Shown: positions 63,269 to 64,000 of the stretch, piece by piece
Numbering within the stretch: position 1 is the stretch's first letter
Layout: every line of letters starts with the position of its first letter
Assembly (NCBI GenBank): GCA_030593145.1
Contig: JAUVHU010000002.1
Location: 8,238-72,237 of the forward strand
DNA length: 64,000 nt
DNA from: Desulfobacteraceae bacterium
GTDB taxonomy: Bacteria; Desulfobacterota; Desulfobacteria; Desulfobacterales; ETH-SRB1
Reading direction: 5' to 3'
The notes under the pieces: model-generated
Database searches by the model: none
What the model was told of the DNA's origin: nothing
What the model saw: the letters and a program-made list of their open reading frames with translations, nothing else
Program-made: the position numbers and the translations under genes

Positions 63269-64000
63269 TCAGCTTTGCTCCGCTCGACTAAAGTTGTCAG
63301 CATCGCGCTTATCATAAAACAGGGACACTGCAATCGCGATAACGATAACTATCCATATAATCAAAAGCATTACGGAAAGAAAAGCGCAACGATGATAGAT
63401 AGTATATAATCCCTGAGATCCTCTTTCCAAAAATTCATCGGCCATGTTTATTATTTTGTCACTTTCCTTTTTTAGCGCATTAATGGTATCATCCTGATAT
63501 TTATAGTTTTTTACAATATTTTTAAAGAGTTGGTTGTCTTCGTCCATTAATTCACCAATCCTTTTATCCTTCTGCGCCCAGATCAAAAGATTTGTCATCG
63601 CTTCCTTCCGCTTATCCTCAAAAGTAATTTCATCCGGAGGTCTGGGATAATTTCTGTAGATTATGTACCCCTTTTCATGTATGCGAATCTCCTGCAGGGC
63701 AATGATGCCGCGCTCGGGATTCATTTTTGAATATATGACCGCGAGAATATTTTTTTCTAAATTTCTTATCTCGGCAATGTTTTTATCAGTAGCTTCATGA
63801 TATAGAACGAGCTGCTCAAACAATCGCTCATAAATGTTTATGGCCTCTTCCCAGGCATAAAAGTTAAAAAATCCTTCCAGCTTTCCGACAAATGCTGTTT
63901 TTTCATAAAAATAGAGGACTTTTCGCAACTCACTTATCTTGTCTTTAACATTATCTAACGAATCCTTTTGATTGTAGAGAAGATAATCCTTTGCCTGTAA
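63269..64000 (-). CDS. Hypothetical C-terminally membrane-anchored protein, 5' end outside the window
   Basis: The frame stays open to position 64000; I translated the 24 codons upstream of the tracked TTG and found no stop. A C-terminal TM segment (CAFLSVMLLIIWIVIVIAIAVSLF) is present. No family recognised. Confidence 0.5.
   Translation of the reverse strand, partial: LQAKDYLLYNQKDSLDNVKDKISELRKVLYFYEKTAFVGKLEGFFNFYAWEEAINIYERLFEQLVLYHEATDKNIAEIRNLEKNILAVIYSKMNPERGIIALQEIRIHEKGYIIYRNYPRPPDEITFEDKRKEAMTNLLIWAQKDKRIGELMDEDNQLFKNIVKNYKYQDDTINALKKESDKIINMADEFLERGSQGLYTIYHRCAFLSVMLLIIWIVIVIAIAVSLFYDKRDADNFSRAEQS

Overview
AT-rich bacterial chromosomal window. Gene content fits an anaerobic Desulfobacterota-like organism, but that taxon call is inference only. 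It has two parts. (1) Positions 1-16598 hold twelve co-directional minus-strand genes that look like one cell-envelope system. These encode three multihaem c-type cytochromes with 26, 16 and 5(+1) haem motifs, counted by eye. They also encode a 712-aa outer-membrane beta-barrel carrying an internal discoidin-like module and a SurA-like chaperone. The rest are three paralogous CsgG/LpoB-like lipoproteins and four beta-propeller surface proteins (NHL x2, YVTN, BNR). I read this as a candidate outer-membrane extracellular electron-transfer conduit whose composition I do not recognise; it is the main finding. (2) Positions 16.9-64 kb are mostly housekeeping. Genes include a PreP-like M16 protease, hisS-aspS, tRNA-Asn, a pyruvate-carboxylase-like enzyme, grpE-dnaK, SRP RNA and tilS-ftsH-folP-coaX. 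Further along are pilT paralogues, divIVA/yggT/proC, nrdDG, nadA, yebC and a histidine kinase/response regulator/binding-protein set. The intergenic regions are unusual. Nearly every operon boundary carries 100-200 bp nested-hairpin (MITE/REP-like) elements from several recurring families. Some of these supply start or stop codons to neighbouring genes. A GIY-YIG mini-insertion is bracketed by a duplicated tRNA-Asn 3' end. No rRNA, CRISPR array, transposase or integrase gene was seen.
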